Positions 36,394-50,789 of a DNA stretch of 64,000 nucleotides are shown piece by piece. Every line of letters begins with the position of its first letter. Positions within the stretch are counted from its first letter, which is position 1. A program made the translations under genes and the position numbers. The notes beneath the pieces are model-generated. The model was not told where the DNA came from and did not search any database. It worked only from the letters and a program-made list of their open reading frames with translations. Origin of the DNA: Eremomyces bilateralis CBS 781.70. Lineage: Eukaryota. The stretch is from assembly GCA_010015585.1 (NCBI GenBank), contig ML975166.1. One strand, given 5' to 3'.

Positions 36394-37467
36394 ATGGTGT
36401 CCAATGCACCCCAGGCGACGGTCCCTAGGACGACCCCCCGCCAGTCCAAATGTACGACTCACCTACCCATCCTCTAGACATAGACCCTGAGATATCCGAT
36501 GCTAACTACATCCACAGCAGCATTCCATTTCACCGCCGGCGCCGTCTCAGGCGTCTCCAGCGCCGTCCTCCTCCAACCCTTCGACCTCCTCAAAACCCGC
36601 CTCCAACAATCCTCCCACGCCCACCATTCCCTCCGCACTCTCCTCACCTCCATCTTCACCCCGCCGCCGTCCGCCACCCACCCCCACCCCTCCCCCCTCC
36701 GCCAACTCTGGCGCGGCACCGCCCCTTCCGTCCTCCGCACTGGCGTCGGAAGCGCCCTCTACTTCGGCTCTCTAAACCTCCTCCGCCGCGAATGCGCCCA
36801 CCGCAACATCGGCACAGTCGCCGCCCCCTCCTCCTCCTCCGCCCTCCCGAAGCTCACCCCGTCCACGAACCTCCTCACCGGCGCGATCGCCCGCGCCGGC
36901 GCCGGCTTCGTGCTCTCCCCCTTGACCATCCTGAAGGTGCGCTTTGAGTCGTCGCTGTATGGGTATACGTCGCTGGCGGGTGGGGTGAAGGAGATCTTGG
37001 GGAGGGATGGGGTGAGAGGGTTCTTTGCGGGCGCGGGGGCCACGGCGTTGCGGGATGCCCCGTATGCGGGATTATATGTTGCGTTCTACGAGGCGTCGAA
37101 GGCGTCGATGTCGCGGGTCCTCGTGAGGCCATCCATTGCGGTGAGACCGGAGACGGGGGACGCGAAGGTGTCGGGAGGGGTGGCGGCGGGGGTGAACTTC
37201 GGGAGCGGGCTGCTGGCGGCGGTGGCAGCGACGGGGCTGACGAATCCGGTAGATGTGCTGAAGACGCGGGTGCAGGTGGATCCGGCGCGGTATCAGAATA
37301 TGGTGCGGTGCACGGGGATATTGTTGCGGGAGGAAGGGTGGAGAAGCTTTTTTGATGGGCTGGGGTTGCGGATGGCGAGGAAGGCGTTGAGTAGTGCGTT
37401 GGCGTGGACGTTGTATGAGGAGTTGGTTAGGAGGGCGGAATTACATTTGGAAGACGGGTTGGCGTAG
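36394..37467 (+). CDS. HEM25: Mitochondrial glycine carrier (SLC25A38 family)
   Basis: Carrier repeats PFDLLKTRLQ, PLTILKVRFE and PVDVLKTRVQ; RTGVGSALYF, RDAPYAGLY and RKALSSALAWTLYE signatures; intron 36452-36517. Confidence 0.9.
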
Positions 37468-37933
37468 TAGACGATGGTTGGAAATCTCCTACTTGGCATG
37501 ACATCTACACGGCGTTCCGGTAGAGGTCGAAACTCAAGACGTGGCGTTCCTGTTTAATCTCGACTATCTGGGGGACGAAATCTTGGGAAGACGGATGAAT
37601 GGTGGGGAAACACTACTTTCCTCAACATGAGGCAACAATTTGAGTTGACCTGTATGATACTTGTAGATTAATACATACAGATTAGACTCAACACACGAAT
37701 CATAAAGTGTTAAACGAGAGTGGAGAATCGAAGACAAGGAATCCCAATGCGAAGGAAGAGAGACCCAAAAACGACTGCGGAAGGCGATGAACCCAAAGCA
37801 TCCAAATAGCAGGGAGTTGGGTCGACCGATCGACCCGCCACGCTGTATGACTGGCATTATAACTCATATCGCCGTTATCGCCCCTTTGCCAGATGCGGCC
37901 GTAGCTATCATTCCATATATCATTTTACCTCGT

Positions 37934-39430
37934 TTACCACATCCCTCCGAGGACGTGGACCCGTTTGGGGCTGGATTCACGTACCCGGCTGCGAGAGCGA
38001 GAGCGAGAGGTGCCCCGACGCCTCACAAACGCATACTCAGGCTTCTTACTGCGATCGGACGTCTCGATGAGGAGCTTGGTATTGCCACCGCGGAGGCGAC
38101 GAGTATGCTCGAAAAGGATGTCGGTCTCTTCGCTATCGAGCTCCTGCTTCAGAATGATGAAGTCGGAGTCGGTCTGTGGTCGGTGATGTCAGCAAACCAG
38201 TGCAGAGGCAACGGATGGGGGGGGATGACGTACGTCGTATTCCCACGGGATCTGATAGTACTTCAAGGTGTCGATGCTCAGATCCTTTCTTTTCACTTTG
38301 ATGAACGTCGGCTTCTCCTTCGTGATCAGCGCGGTCGAGGAGGTGATCGTCGTCGTGTGGTTATGGTTGTGGGCGTGGTTGTGTAGGCCATACCTGGGCG
38401 CCTTCGGCCCCTGCCCGAGCTGGAGTTTCTCGGCCTTCGACGGATCCACCATGGCCTCGATCTGGTTCTCCTGGAAGCCGAATTTTGCCAGCCGTTTATG
38501 CATCTCCTCAGTGAGCTTCGCTTCGGCCTCCTTTTCCTCGCGCTTCTTCTCCTCCTCTTTTGCCTTGAGCTTCGCCAGCAGCCGCTCCTCTTCTTCCTTT
38601 TCCTTCCGTTTGGCCTCTTCCTCCTCAAGCTTCAGCTTCAGCCGCCATTCGTCCTTTTCTTTTTGTCGACGGCGCTGCTCCTCCTCGTACTCTCGAACCG
38701 CTCGCGTTGCCCCCTCTTCCCGCTCGCGTTTCTCGTCCGCCTCTTGCTGTCGGAATTTGGCCATCGCCGCTTTGCGGTCTTCTTTCTCCTGAGCTTCTTT
38801 TGCCTTGTACCTCGCGACCGCCGCTTTCCGGTCCTCCTCCTCTTGAGCTTCTTGGGCCTTGTACTTGGCGATCGCCGCCTTCCTCTCCTCTTCCTCCTCC
38901 AAGTCTTTCGCCTGGGATTCTAGTAGAATCTGCTTCCGCCGGTTCGCCTTTTCTACCGCCTCGAGGTCTTTGGTCTTCTTGGCTAGCTCTAGCTCTCGAT
39001 CCATCTGCGCTCGGGCCTCTGACCGACGATACTCCCATTCCCTCCATGCGTTTGCGTTGGCAGCCTGTGCTGAGCTGGCCTGGTTGACCACGTTCACCGT
39101 GTCCGATTCTCTCCCGCGGCTTCGACCGCGCAACTCGCGGCGAATGTCGGCCAGCTCGTCGGCGACGGCATCGTCACGGACCGGTATGCGGCCACGGTAT
39201 CCGTAATTCGGGGAGGGCGCCCGCTCGTGGTGATAGTCTTCTTGGGCCGTGATGTTGTGAATTTGAATGTTTGGGGCGGGAGGCGCGCCCTGTGAGCGGG
39301 ATCGGTGGTGCGACGCCATGCCATGGTGGGCAGCGGGGTTGAGATAGTTATAGGTAGGCCGGGGAGGAACGTGGCCGTAGCCGCGGCCGGCGGTGGTATA
39401 GCGCCAGTATTCGTCCTCTTCGTATGACAT
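37934..39430 (-). CDS. Hypothetical fungal protein with a long Glu/Lys/Arg coiled coil and small C-terminal domain
   Basis: 413-aa ORF plus exon after an intron (about 38175-38234): PTFIKVKRKDLSIDTLKYYQIPWEYD|TDSDFIILKQELDSEETDILFEHTRRLR..RSRSRSR..GGMW*. Confidence 0.85.
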
Positions 39431-41653
39431 CGTGGCGGATAGAGCCGTTAGTCCGCCGAAGTTAGACGAAGATGTCGGGTATCACTATGCTCTTGCGTAT
39501 GGGTGAAGGGCGGCAGATCCGAGAATGTTGTGCGTAGCCTAGGATGTGAAGCGGTTGATCCAAAAATGAAGATTCACAAGAGAAGAGGATAATAAGCCAA
39601 CAACGTAGTATCGCGGTCTGGTGACCGAAAACCCCGGGAACGGATGAAGACGATTCCAGCTGAGTTGCAGAGGATGACCCTAGAGGATCGGGGCGCACAA
39701 AGACGACGAGGAGGGGTTGGAGACGGAAAATTCTGGACCAGTGGGGACACCAGTCTTGTGGACGAATTCCAGGCTTTCAAGGTGACAAAGGGCAGTGGTG
39801 CAGCTGAGGCGGATGGCGGTGTTCGTGCAATGGAAACGTGCAAACTGCAAGGAGACCAGTCGCCACAGATCAGTCAGTCCGATTAGCGGAGCGTTGGGGC
39901 GTGATCACGATAGAGCGGGGTGACTTAGTTATCGGCTGACAAGGGAAGATAGGGCTGTGATCTGCAACGGAGGGACTCCCAAACCAAAAATGAACAGTAC
40001 TGGTACAGCGAAGCAGCGAACAGACTGTAAGGTAAGGTAAGGTCAGGTAGGGATGGGAGATCAGCCTTATAAAGCAGAAGACGATGAAGCTCTGACGGTC
40101 GGTCAGGGTCAGTAGATTGCTTGAATGGGGGGCAGATGTGTGCGAAACGGCGAAAAGAGGTGCAGATTTAGCTTCACCAAGTGTGCTGCCGATATGTACC
40201 TCGCTTTGCGATTAACAAGGGACACGCCTGTCCGCCGTTGCACTTGTACGGGGTACGGATCGTGAATATTTCCAGTCGGGTTCGTCACCCAGGGCTGGAC
40301 TAAATCAAAAAACAGATCCAGCGACCCATCCAAGTCCCAGCCTCGTGGCATGGGTACTCGGGGTTGCCGCCAACGAATCCTATTAATCACTAAGCCCTGT
40401 AGAGCCTCGAGGAATATTCAAGATGTTGACGAATTCAGGCGGCTGGAGGACGCTATCCCTAAGCATTGTTGGTGGCATGGGGGCCAAAACTCACCTTTCC
40501 CCGTCACTGCACCATCCATCCCCAGTTCTGTTGGATCTTATGAGGCCCTTGCCCCTCACTCCGAGGGTGTTCCAGCCTTCCTAGCGTTAGCGAGTGCCTC
40601 GCACACACAGCTGGAGGGTTTGAGTGCTTGATAGACTCTCCTGCGTAACTCTCTCCGACGTTGACAGCTGCGGCCAGATCTGAGCGGGACGTTCCGACTT
40701 CCCGTCTTCCCCTCTCTCTGAATATGGTTGACAGACTGGACTGTACCGTAATTCGTAACTATCTAAGCAAATCAGGCTGGTTGAAAACCTTTGGTTCTAC
40801 GCATCAGGCTAGACAGAATTGGTGTCCGGTGTGTCCCCCCGCCATCCCGCTTTTTTCTAAACCCGCTTCCCTCCATGCACACTCTGCTTGCGCCGCCCAA
40901 GTCCAGAAACCATTTTTGGGCAGCTAAAGAGGGAAGAAACCACCTGATTTCCATAAGCAAGGTCGATGGACGACATCTTGAAACTGTAGTTACTTCAGCA
41001 GCATATCGGGCTATCTGTTACTTGCGACAGTGTGCTTCTAATCAAACCCAATCTGACATAAACCGAATGTTAGGGTGGGAAACGCTCGTTCGGGGGCACT
41101 GTGCTGTGGGTACTGGGTACATGATATTGGAGAAAGGAAACCAAGAATATCGGGTCATCAACCCTGATCCACCTCTCCGAGTCTCTTAAATCCGGACAAC
41201 TGGACTCGTTTCCCTTTTGTATTAAGTAATCAATGTAGCAGGTGTTTAGGGGATTGACTGCACGACGCATGGGTTGGATAGGTACATATCATTCTTAGAA
41301 ATACAATGTTGATATGAATGGGTAAAATCCTTGTTCTTCCTTGCGAATATTGCAAGACATCGAGGCGCGGTGCAGAATGTGCACATTTTTAATGGCTTAG
41401 CCCGTCTGATATCTGTCCACATTCGGTCCATAGGATACACAACGGCTGGCGATCGCATCGTGCGGTACCTATATCTCGAGGACGAGCGGCCGCCAGTGAT
41501 CGCAGTACTTCTGCCCAACGCCATCTCATACTCCCGATCGCCACACTGACCGCACCTAGAGAGGCACGAGGCCCCAGGCGCGACCCTCACCCCCTCCCCC
41601 CACACGCGCTGCAGATTTCCGACGTCCTGAAGGTCCGACGAGGCGGACGCTCA

Positions 41654-42232
41654 TCATCCTCTGGACCGACCGAGCAGCTGCTCCAAGTTGTCGATGCTGT
41701 TCTTGTACGTCGTTTCGAGGTAGTGCAGCTTCTTTTCCAGGTTCGTCATGTCGGACTTGAGCCCTTCGGTTTCGGATTGGAGACGCTTCTTGACCGCGGG
41801 TGCGGGGGTCTCGATGAACCTGTTGGGGCGGTCAGGATGGAGACTTGGAGACAAGAGAACACGCGGCTGAGGGAAATTGAGGTCGTCGCTGAAGTCATTA
41901 CGCAAGCGGCGACGCTTGACACATGATCGGATTGACGAGGCGCTCCATATGATCGAAATCAAAAAAGCACCTACATCTTTCCCACCCCCTCATAGACTTT
42001 CGTCTCGACTGGCAGTGATTCCACCTCTTTGGCAGTGAGTTGGAGCATCCGACTCTCGCGTGACTTCGCCGCCATCTGCGACTTCACGATGGAAATCTGC
42101 TGCTGCGAGAACGAGGCCTTCTGCTCGATCTCAATCAAGATCTGTAAGGTCGTGTTAGTCTTCTATATTCCCGTAGTGTCGGCAGTCGATGGAGGAACTC
42201 ACCTTTTGCAGTGCCTCATTGGGAATCGACAT
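41654..42232 (-). CDS. PFD1: Prefoldin subunit 1
   Basis: MSIPNEALQK|ILIEIEQKA..TKVYEGVGKM|FIETP..LEKKLHYLETTYKNS; two introns. Confidence 0.92.
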
Positions 42233-42988
42233 GGTGGTTGATATGACCCCAGTTCAGGTCTCGATATTCTCAATATCCTCACAGCAAGATGACGCGGTCC
42301 TGGGATGATTCTCTGTCCCTGTGCCTCGTTCACATGCAAAAGCGGCGAAGAACCGTATGAAATTTGTTTCAGAGCCCGTACTTCTGGTGCATGCGTCCGT
42401 ACTACTGGATGGGCTTGTGCAATGGAGGAAGGTAGGGAACAAATTGCTGGGCTCAGATTCGCCGAACACAGGGATTGGGGCTTTATTTTCGGCCCATGGA
42501 GCTTCTCCAGGAGCTGCCAGCAGGTGCCTGTCACCGTGTCACGGCTTACTCACGGGGGTGGGTTGTCCGATCTTCCACCGATCTTCCTGGGCTGGTATGA
42601 CGATTAACCACCACCACCCTCCATCTGGGTTGCTACTCCCACGGTTCGTCACGAAGCCTGATTCAACCTGAAATGCAACTACCGAATTCTGGCCAGCATG
42701 TTCTCTCCTTCAGCCCATTGCTCTTCTCTCAGCTTCAAGATGTTTCGTAACTTGGTCAACTGTCTGCATCTCCATCTGTCATTGCTTATCCCTCCATAGT
42801 CATTAGAAATCCAATACTATTTCATGCGCATTTAAACCGCCGGTCCCCGCTGTCGCGCTCTAGTCTAATCCTCCTCCCGCCGCCATCCGGAGGGTTGCTG
42901 AGCTTTTTGTTTATTTACAACCGCCTCGCCTGCTGCGATCGGTCTGGCGACAGTATCTCTTCCAAGGACCAAAGCCAAACCATCTGAG

Positions 42989-44163
42989 ATGGTGTCCTGG
43001 CTCCCGTCCGTACCGTACCCTCCAGCCCGGGATGGCTTTTGGTCGCCAGTGACGTCGACCTTGAATTGGTGTGAGGAGGTGGGATACCCAACATCTCCTA
43101 GACATATTTGTATAGAAGGCCAGACATTGACAGACGTAGGATTATTATGCGACCATATACGCGGCCGAGATCGTCAATACATTCACGAACTTCCTGTTCA
43201 TAGTCTTGGGTATCCATGGCGTTGTCAACTGCCTCCAGAACAAGCATGACAAGGTATTCCTCGTTACCTTTGGCGGCTATCTCGTCGTAGGAATCGGAAG
43301 TTTCTTCTTCCACTCGACCCTCACATGTACGTATATCGCTCGCATTGTTCCTGTCAAGTTCGGCGACTGATGCGCATATGTTCTAGATCCAATGCAGCTC
43401 GTCGACGAGCTTTCCATGATCTACACCACCTGCATCGTGTGCTTCGCAACCTTCGCTTTTGGCAGGTCCACGCGGAATTCGATTCTCTTGGGGACCTTCC
43501 TCCTTGGCCTCGCGCTCTTTATCACGGGATACTACCATTACCTGCAAGACCCGACCTTCCACCAGAACGCCTATGCATTCCTCACAGCCGTCGTCGTCTT
43601 TCGGAGCATGTACGTGATGGAACATGAGCTTCGCCCCACACGCAGGAACCGGAACAAATTGCTAGGGAAGCCCGAGGTGGGCGGAAAGCCGAACGGCGAG
43701 CGCACCAAAATGGACGCCGCGGAGCACGCGCGGATCGACAAGCGGGATTTAGAGATCTTGAACACGATGTGGAGCATCGTCGCGGTTGGGCTGAGCGTGT
43801 TCCTGGGAGGGTTTCTCATTTGGAACTTGGACAACTGGTATTGCCCCAGCCTGCGCTCGTGGAGACGGGAGATCGGGTTGCCGTGGGGGATCGTCTTGGA
43901 GGGACACGGATGGTGGTAAGTACTAGGACCGAACCTGGCATGTGGATGCGGACTCACCATACCACAGGCATCTCATGACGGGAACGGGAGCGTACTTCTA
44001 CATTGTCTGGTGCACCTGGCTGCGACATTGCTTGAGCGGGAGGCAGGACGAGTACGATTTGGTGTGGCCAAGCCTCTTCACGTCGATCCCTACTTGTGTT
44101 CTGAAACGGCCGGCTGGGAAAGAGAATGGGTTCGCGAATGGATATTGCAAAAAGTCTCAATAG
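42989..44163 (+). CDS. Alkaline (phyto)ceramidase, Ypc1/Ydc1 family
   Basis: GFWSPVTSTLNWCEE|DYY..AEIVNTFTN, GIGSFFFHSTL, MQLVDELSMIY, WNLDN and LEGHGWW|HLMTG; three introns. Confidence 0.95.
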
Positions 44164-44824
44164 ACGGGGTTGGAGGTTCTCATGCTTGATGGCTTGGCCT
44201 CCTACATCGCGATCGGCATGTCCGGTGTGCCTGGCGTTTTCCTCATTTCTTCGCATACGATACCTATCTTACTTATCTTAATATCCGCCGAATAGACTAC
44301 CATACCTTCCTTAGCATTGCGTCCTGGTATCAAGCAGGGTTTGAGTGTGTTACACGTTAAATAATGTGATTTTGTACAAGTAAACACTGATTAATGGTCT
44401 CGTGACTTGAGGCCCCTCAACTCCCACAGCCGAAGCGGGATTAGCTCGACGCTACAAGGAGTTAGAAGAGGGGCAACAGCTTGCAGTCAGCAGTGAGTGG
44501 TGCAGTGTGCACAGATGATAAACAACAGCACAACTGGTGGTGAATCAAGCGGCAGTCGCACACCGCTTCAGAGTTCAGGCCTCAGGCTCAGGGACATCAC
44601 AACCCACCGCCCACCAAACCGGGAAAGGGCCAACCACGACCCTTCCTTCCAATCTTTCTTCCCACCAACACTCTCTCCGTCTCTCACACCTCACCTCTCC
44701 CCAATCTTTATCCTTCCACTACTCTCTCTCCATACCATCCGATCCGGTACCTCGATACTCCAGCTGCTTCTTTTGACCATCGCTGTCTCTTGTCCCATCG
44801 TTCATCGTCCGTCCATCCCTCAAA

Positions 44825-46574
44825 ATGCGCGAAATCGTAAGTTGTCCCTCTCCCCTGGATCCTTGTTGTCACGCGTTCCATGGTCTCCTTAACCGGCCCT
44901 GGAGCCACACAACGACCCCTTCGCAACTATAATCGAGATCCTTTACTGATACAAGCTCTTGCCTCGCAATAGGTTCATCTCCAAACCGGCCAATGTGTAA
45001 GTTTCATCGCGCTCGCGTGGGTTCTCATGCTAACAGCTGTAGGGTAACCAAATCGGTGCTGCCTTCTGGTGGGTCCCAATATGTACACAAACCCTCGCTA
45101 GCGACCAACGATGCTGATACTGTTTGTTTTTGAAGGCAAAACATCTCCGGCGAGCATGGCCTTGACGGCTCGGGCGTGTAAGTGCCAATTTGAGCTGGAT
45201 GCAAGTTTCTTTCTCGACCTAATCAGCCTGCAGCTTCAATGGCACCTCGGATCTCCAGTTGGAGCGCATGAATGTGTACTTCAATGAGGTAGGTTGATCT
45301 CGATCCGACAGTTGAATTCGAACTAACTGCCCGTCGCCAGGCTTCCGGCAACAAGTACGTCCCTCGTGCCGTCCTCGTCGATCTCGAGCCCGGTACCATG
45401 GACGCCGTCCGCGCTGGACCGTTCGGCCACCTCTTCCGTCCCGATAACTTCGTCTTTGGCCAGTCCGGAGCCGGCAACAATTGGGCCAAGGGTCATTACA
45501 CCGAGGGTGCCGAGCTTGTCGATCAGGTCCTCGATGTTGTGCGTCGTGAGGCCGAGGGCTGCGACTGCCTTCAGGGCTTCCAGATCACCCACTCCCTTGG
45601 TGGTGGTACCGGTGCCGGTATGGGGACCTTGTTGATCTCCAAGATCCGTGAGGAGTTCCCGGATCGCATGATGGCTACTTTCTCCGTCATGCCGTCTCCC
45701 AAGGTCTCCGATACCGTCGTTGAGCCTTACAACGCTACCCTTTCCGTTCACCAGTTGGTGGAGAACTCCGATGAGACCTTCTGCATTGACAACGAGGTTA
45801 GTCATATGAGCTTCGGGTTCGGGAATCTTGCTAATATGGTGCCAGGCTCTGTACGATATCTGCATGAGGACTCTCAAGCTGAACAACCCCTCTTACGGCG
45901 ATCTGAACCATCTCGTTTCCGCCGTCATGTCCGGTGTCACCACCTGCCTTCGATTCCCCGGCCAGTTGAACTCCGATCTCCGAAAGCTCGCTGTGAACAT
46001 GGTTCCCTTCCCTCGTCTCCATTTCTTCATGGTTGGCTTCGCTCCTCTCACCAGCCGTGGCTCGCACTCCTTCCGTGCCGTGACCGTCCCGGAGCTCACC
46101 CAGCAGATGTTCGACCCCAAGAACATGATGGCTGCTTCGGACTTCCGCAACGGCCGCTACCTCACCTGCTCTGCCATCTTCCGTGGTAAGGTCTCCATGA
46201 AGGAGGTCGAGGACCAGATGCGCAACGTCCAGATCCGGAACTCCTCCTACTTCGTCGAGTGGATCCCGAACAACGTCCAGACCGCGCTCTGCTCCATCCC
46301 GCCGCGTGGCCTCAAGATGTCGTCCACCTTTGTTGGTAACTCCACCTCCATCCAGGAACTCTTCAAGCGTGTCGGCGATCAGTTCAGCGCTATGTTCCGT
46401 CGCAAGGCTTTCTTGCATTGGTACACTGGTGAGGGCATGGACGAGATGGAATTCACCGAGGCTGAGTCCAACATGAACGACCTGGTTTCCGAATACCAGC
46501 AATACCAGGAGGCCAGCATCAGCGAGGGCGAGGAGGAGTATGATGAGGAGGCCCCCCTTGAGCCGGAGGAGTAA
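44825..46574 (+). CDS. TUB2: Beta-tubulin
   Basis: [28 protein letters not shown], acidic tail; six introns. Confidence 0.99.
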
Positions 46575-46876
46575 TTGACCTTCATACCGGAATTACTCAT
46601 CATTGATGCCATCGGTGGATGGGTGTGATTGGAACTATGCTCAGACAACGATGTGTATGAGAAGATGGTCAAGGGTTCGAAACTACTAATGTTGCAATTC
46701 ACTTTGATGTTTCTTGCGTGGTATGACCGATAGCGAGTAGCGAAAACCAAAATACCAGTATTCAATACACGATGCTTTTCGCCTATGTTCTTCACGTGCA
46801 CGTCGAGAGGTTCCCGGAGGCGATGGAGTCGATGCACAGAGCGCCGCACTAGACTTATCCCATAGATGACCAATAT

Positions 46877-48063
46877 CTACCTATCTCTCCACCCACTCGT
46901 CCATATTCCGATCTCCGGACTCGGCCCCACCGCACCCGGCACCGTCCTCGGCAGATCATCCGGGTTTTTTAACTGATAACTATAAAAATCACTCGCCTTA
47001 AACACCTTCTCCGGCCGCGCGCTCACCTCCCGCTTTCCGCGACAATCCTTGAACCGCACCTGATTACTCCGGATGGCCGCGGTCGCGTCCGCATGGAGCG
47101 GATCGTTCACGTCCTCGTAGTACGAGGCCTCAACGAGGAGCTGGGTGGCGCCGCGGGCGTAGGTGCCGTAGGCGGTCAGGTTGCGGAAGTAGTTATTGTA
47201 CATATGGCAGTGCTGGAGGTTATCGGCACTGGGGTTGCGCTGGTTGGTGCTGTGGAAGAAGTTGTCGTGGATCTGTTGTGCGATGGTCAGTCGGGGTTTT
47301 ATTCATTTTTGGTAGCGGAGGGGAGGAAAGGATCACGTACGGTCATTTTCGAGAGGACGTTGTCGGTCCAGCCGATCCCGAAGGCTTTGTTGTGCTCGGA
47401 GAACTGGGTGAAGGAGACGGTCACGTAGTTGGTGTCCTTGCGGAGATCGAGGAGGCCGTCCCACATTTGGGTGAACTGCGCGGATGAGTAACGATCACGA
47501 TGCTAGGTCAACGGACTGACTTTGCAATGGTCGATCCAAATATTCGTCCCGCCGTCGACCTGGACGCCATCGAAGCTATGCCCAGGTTAGGCCACGCTGA
47601 TCTATCCCTAACGTCCCAGAAACACTGACTCGTTCTGCTTCCCATCGTAGTCCGCCGGATTGTACGTCCCCGAAATCTCCAGATTCCGAATGATAATGTT
47701 CCTCTCATTCTTCACAGTCAAACCCCCGCCGGTAATCTTTCCCGCCCGTCCCACGCCGATGATGGTCTTATGGCTCTTGATGGGGATCTCATACCCAAAC
47801 GGTTCGGACACCAGCGTCCGGTCCACGCGGATCACGTACGGTCCGTCCAGCCCGGCGTAGGCCTTGAGGTCAGCGTGTGTCGTCACGGTCACGATGGGCC
47901 CGCCCTTGCCACCGGTGGTGCCGCCGTTGAGCGACGCGAATCCCGGGGCGCTTTCTTCGCATTTGGCGCAGTACGCGGGGTCGGTCGGGCCTGCGAGGGA
48001 GAGGTGAGAGAAAAGGATGCTCGAGGCAGCAAACTTGAGTAAGGCTGAGGCCACGGCTCGCAT
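46877..48063 (-). CDS. Secreted pectate lyase (PL1)
   Basis: Signal peptide, GFASLNGGTTGGKGG, NIIIRNLEI, NIWIDH, WDGLLDL, NQRNPS and CHMYNNY; three introns. Confidence 0.93.
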
Positions 48064-49144
48064 CTTGAAAGCACTTAGGGAAACAGATGATGACTTCAAC
48101 TCAAAATCCAATTTCAATAATGCTAAAATGCTAAAATGCTACTGGGCATCCTGGCGTCCTGGTGGCATGTCTCTGATATATTAGCACTCTGGGGAACCTC
48201 ACCTCCAACCCCGCCAGGTGCATCACGTTCATCTCGTAATTTGGCTTTATCACTATAATGCCCTATCCATGTCATATCATTATTGAGATATATTATGATC
48301 AGATTGCGCCGCGAGATTCAAACTGTCATTACCATAAATGCGTGATGATGTCCGGGTTCGCTCAAGGCTCCATTTAGGTACAACAGCGACAGGTCGGGCA
48401 GCTGCATTGAGAACGAAGTGGATTGAGTAAAGTCGCAAACGGATGAATAACAAGACTCAGATTCGCGTATAATATAGAAAATATCTTGATCAGCATATTC
48501 GCCACCGCAAGAGTGAAAAACGAACTCCATCCAGCCGCTACCGGACGTTGCGCAAACTCGGGAGTTTAGATAGAATGGACGACTCTTAAGAATAAGTGAA
48601 AGGCCCTATATCAGGTGCAAAAACCTAAAATGAATTGAGATAATACTATGGTAACACTACAGAAGCCTGAATCGACTTTGACTCCGGACCTCTGGACACG
48701 ACCTACCAAGGGAAAGGCTATCGAGAGATAAGAATGTAGAAAACGCATCTCAATCAAGATTTGATCCCGAGTTAATGACTACAATTCTCTCCAAAATGTA
48801 GAGCGAACCTTCATTGTCCTATAAGGATATCGATATTAGATGCAGTGATTGGGAGAAAGGCGTGAATGGGAAATAGTGGTCAAGTGGTGATGTACGATAT
48901 CTGGCTGACTAATCCCTATTCACCTCCACGGCTCCACCTCCCACCAAACTCAAACCCCACTACATGTATTCGCAAGTCCGCTGCAGGTATTATTCGGTTT
49001 ACTCCCCAATGACGACTTTCAACCTTTGATACCAATTCATCGGTCATCTTCCAAGTGCGAATACGCACTAGATCTGCTTGCAATTTAGCATCCTCTACTT
49101 TATATCCGTTTCTACAACCCATATCCTCCCTCCGTTCCGCCAAG

Positions 49145-50464
49145 ATGCCTCCAAAGAACCAGAATCTGAAGCCCAAGTCCGAGAGGGTCACGGTGGACAA
49201 GGTACGGCCAAAAGTTGAGACTTTCAGAGAAGATCATGAGCTAATACAGTGGGCAGACCTTTGGCATGAAAAATGTGCGTCGATAAGCCCCTCCCCCATC
49301 CCCCATTTCGTGGCCTTATTGCCACTTCAGGCCGCGCCCACCACGTCTCTGCATGCGACAATCCTGACCGGACATTGCCTCCAATAGAAAAAGGGTGGTG
49401 CCGCCCAGAAAGCCATCAAGCAAATCCAATCCCAATCATCTAGTGCGAAGACCCCGGACCAGAAACGAAAAGAGGCCGAGAAAGCACAACGTGAGAAGGA
49501 TAAGCTCGCCGCCGAGAAAGCGCGCAAGGAAGCCGCTGAACTGTTCAAGCCGGTGCAGACGCAGAAGGTTCCGTTTGGAGTGGACCCGAAAACCGTCTTG
49601 TGCCAGTTCCACAAGAAGGGAGTGTGCGAGAAGGGTATGTGGCCAGCACTTGCACATGAGGAGGAAAATCACTGACAACGGCATAGGGAAGCGATGCAAA
49701 TTCTCGCACGACCTTGCTATCGAGCGGAAGACGGAGAAGCGGTCACTCTATACCACACGGGAGGAGGAGGAAGCAGAAGAGGAGACGAAAAAGGATGACA
49801 TGACAAATTGGGATGAGGCGAAGCTACGGAGCGTCATCTCATCGAAGCATGGCAATCCTCAGACGACAACAGACAAAGTGTGTAAGCACTTCATCGAGGC
49901 CGTCGAGAACCAGAAGTACGGCTGGTTCTGGGTGTGCCCGAACGGCGGGGACAAGTGCATGTACAGACACAGTTTGCCACCTGGGTAAGTTGATGGGTTC
50001 CCCTCTCGAAATGGCCGCTGACAACCCCTTGCAGATTCGTCCTCAAAACCCGCGAACAGCGGCTGGCAGAGAAAGCCTTGATGGATAAATCACCCCTCGC
50101 CACGCTCACGCTCGAAGACTTCCTAGAATCCGAACGACACAAGCTCACTGGCACGCTGACGCCGGTGACCCCTGAGTCGTTCGCGAAGTGGAAGAAAGAC
50201 CGGCTGGACAAGAAGGCGGCCGTCGAGGAGGCGAAGAAGATGAAGGACGCGACCGGCCGCATGCTCTTCGAGCGGGGCGATTGGCAGGCGAGCGATGACG
50301 AGGACGATGAGGAGCAGGATCCGGGCGCGTGGAATCTCGAGGCGCTGCGAAAGGAGACGGAGGCGCTACGGCAGAAGAAGGAGGAGGAGAGGCTCGGGCT
50401 GGGTGGTGCGCCAGGTGGGTCGGGGGGTACGGATGGCGACGGTGGGGGCGCGGCGGAACCATGA
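49145..50464 (+). CDS. TMA46: Translation machinery-associated CCCH zinc finger protein (DFRP1)
   Basis: [81 protein letters not shown]; four introns. Confidence 0.95.
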
Positions 50465-50789
50465 GCGGCAACTTGATATCACGATTAGATGGAGACGTCT
50501 TGGTGTTTTTGAGGCTTTCCCGCCCGATCCCCGTGGCCCATTCCCTGGCATTCTGAGTTCTGACATCGTAAACGATTTTCAGCGGCATGGTTTGAGATGA
50601 TAGCCATATACGTGGCGTTCATAGGTATGATACAAGTCTCAAATCGAGCAGAGCAACCCGTGTTACTCACGAGAGCCCCCTTTCCTAATTTGACCCCTTC
50701 GTGCCTCGCTCCCGAAAAGTGTATTCAGAACCCCGGGGAACCCCGAAGTTATTCGCTAGTGATAAAGCATGCTGTCGCTTGGCTGCCCT

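Noticed and set aside
40100..41600. Several 60-130 aa ORFs between the coiled-coil gene and PFD1
   Set aside because: No motifs, codon bias or splice support.
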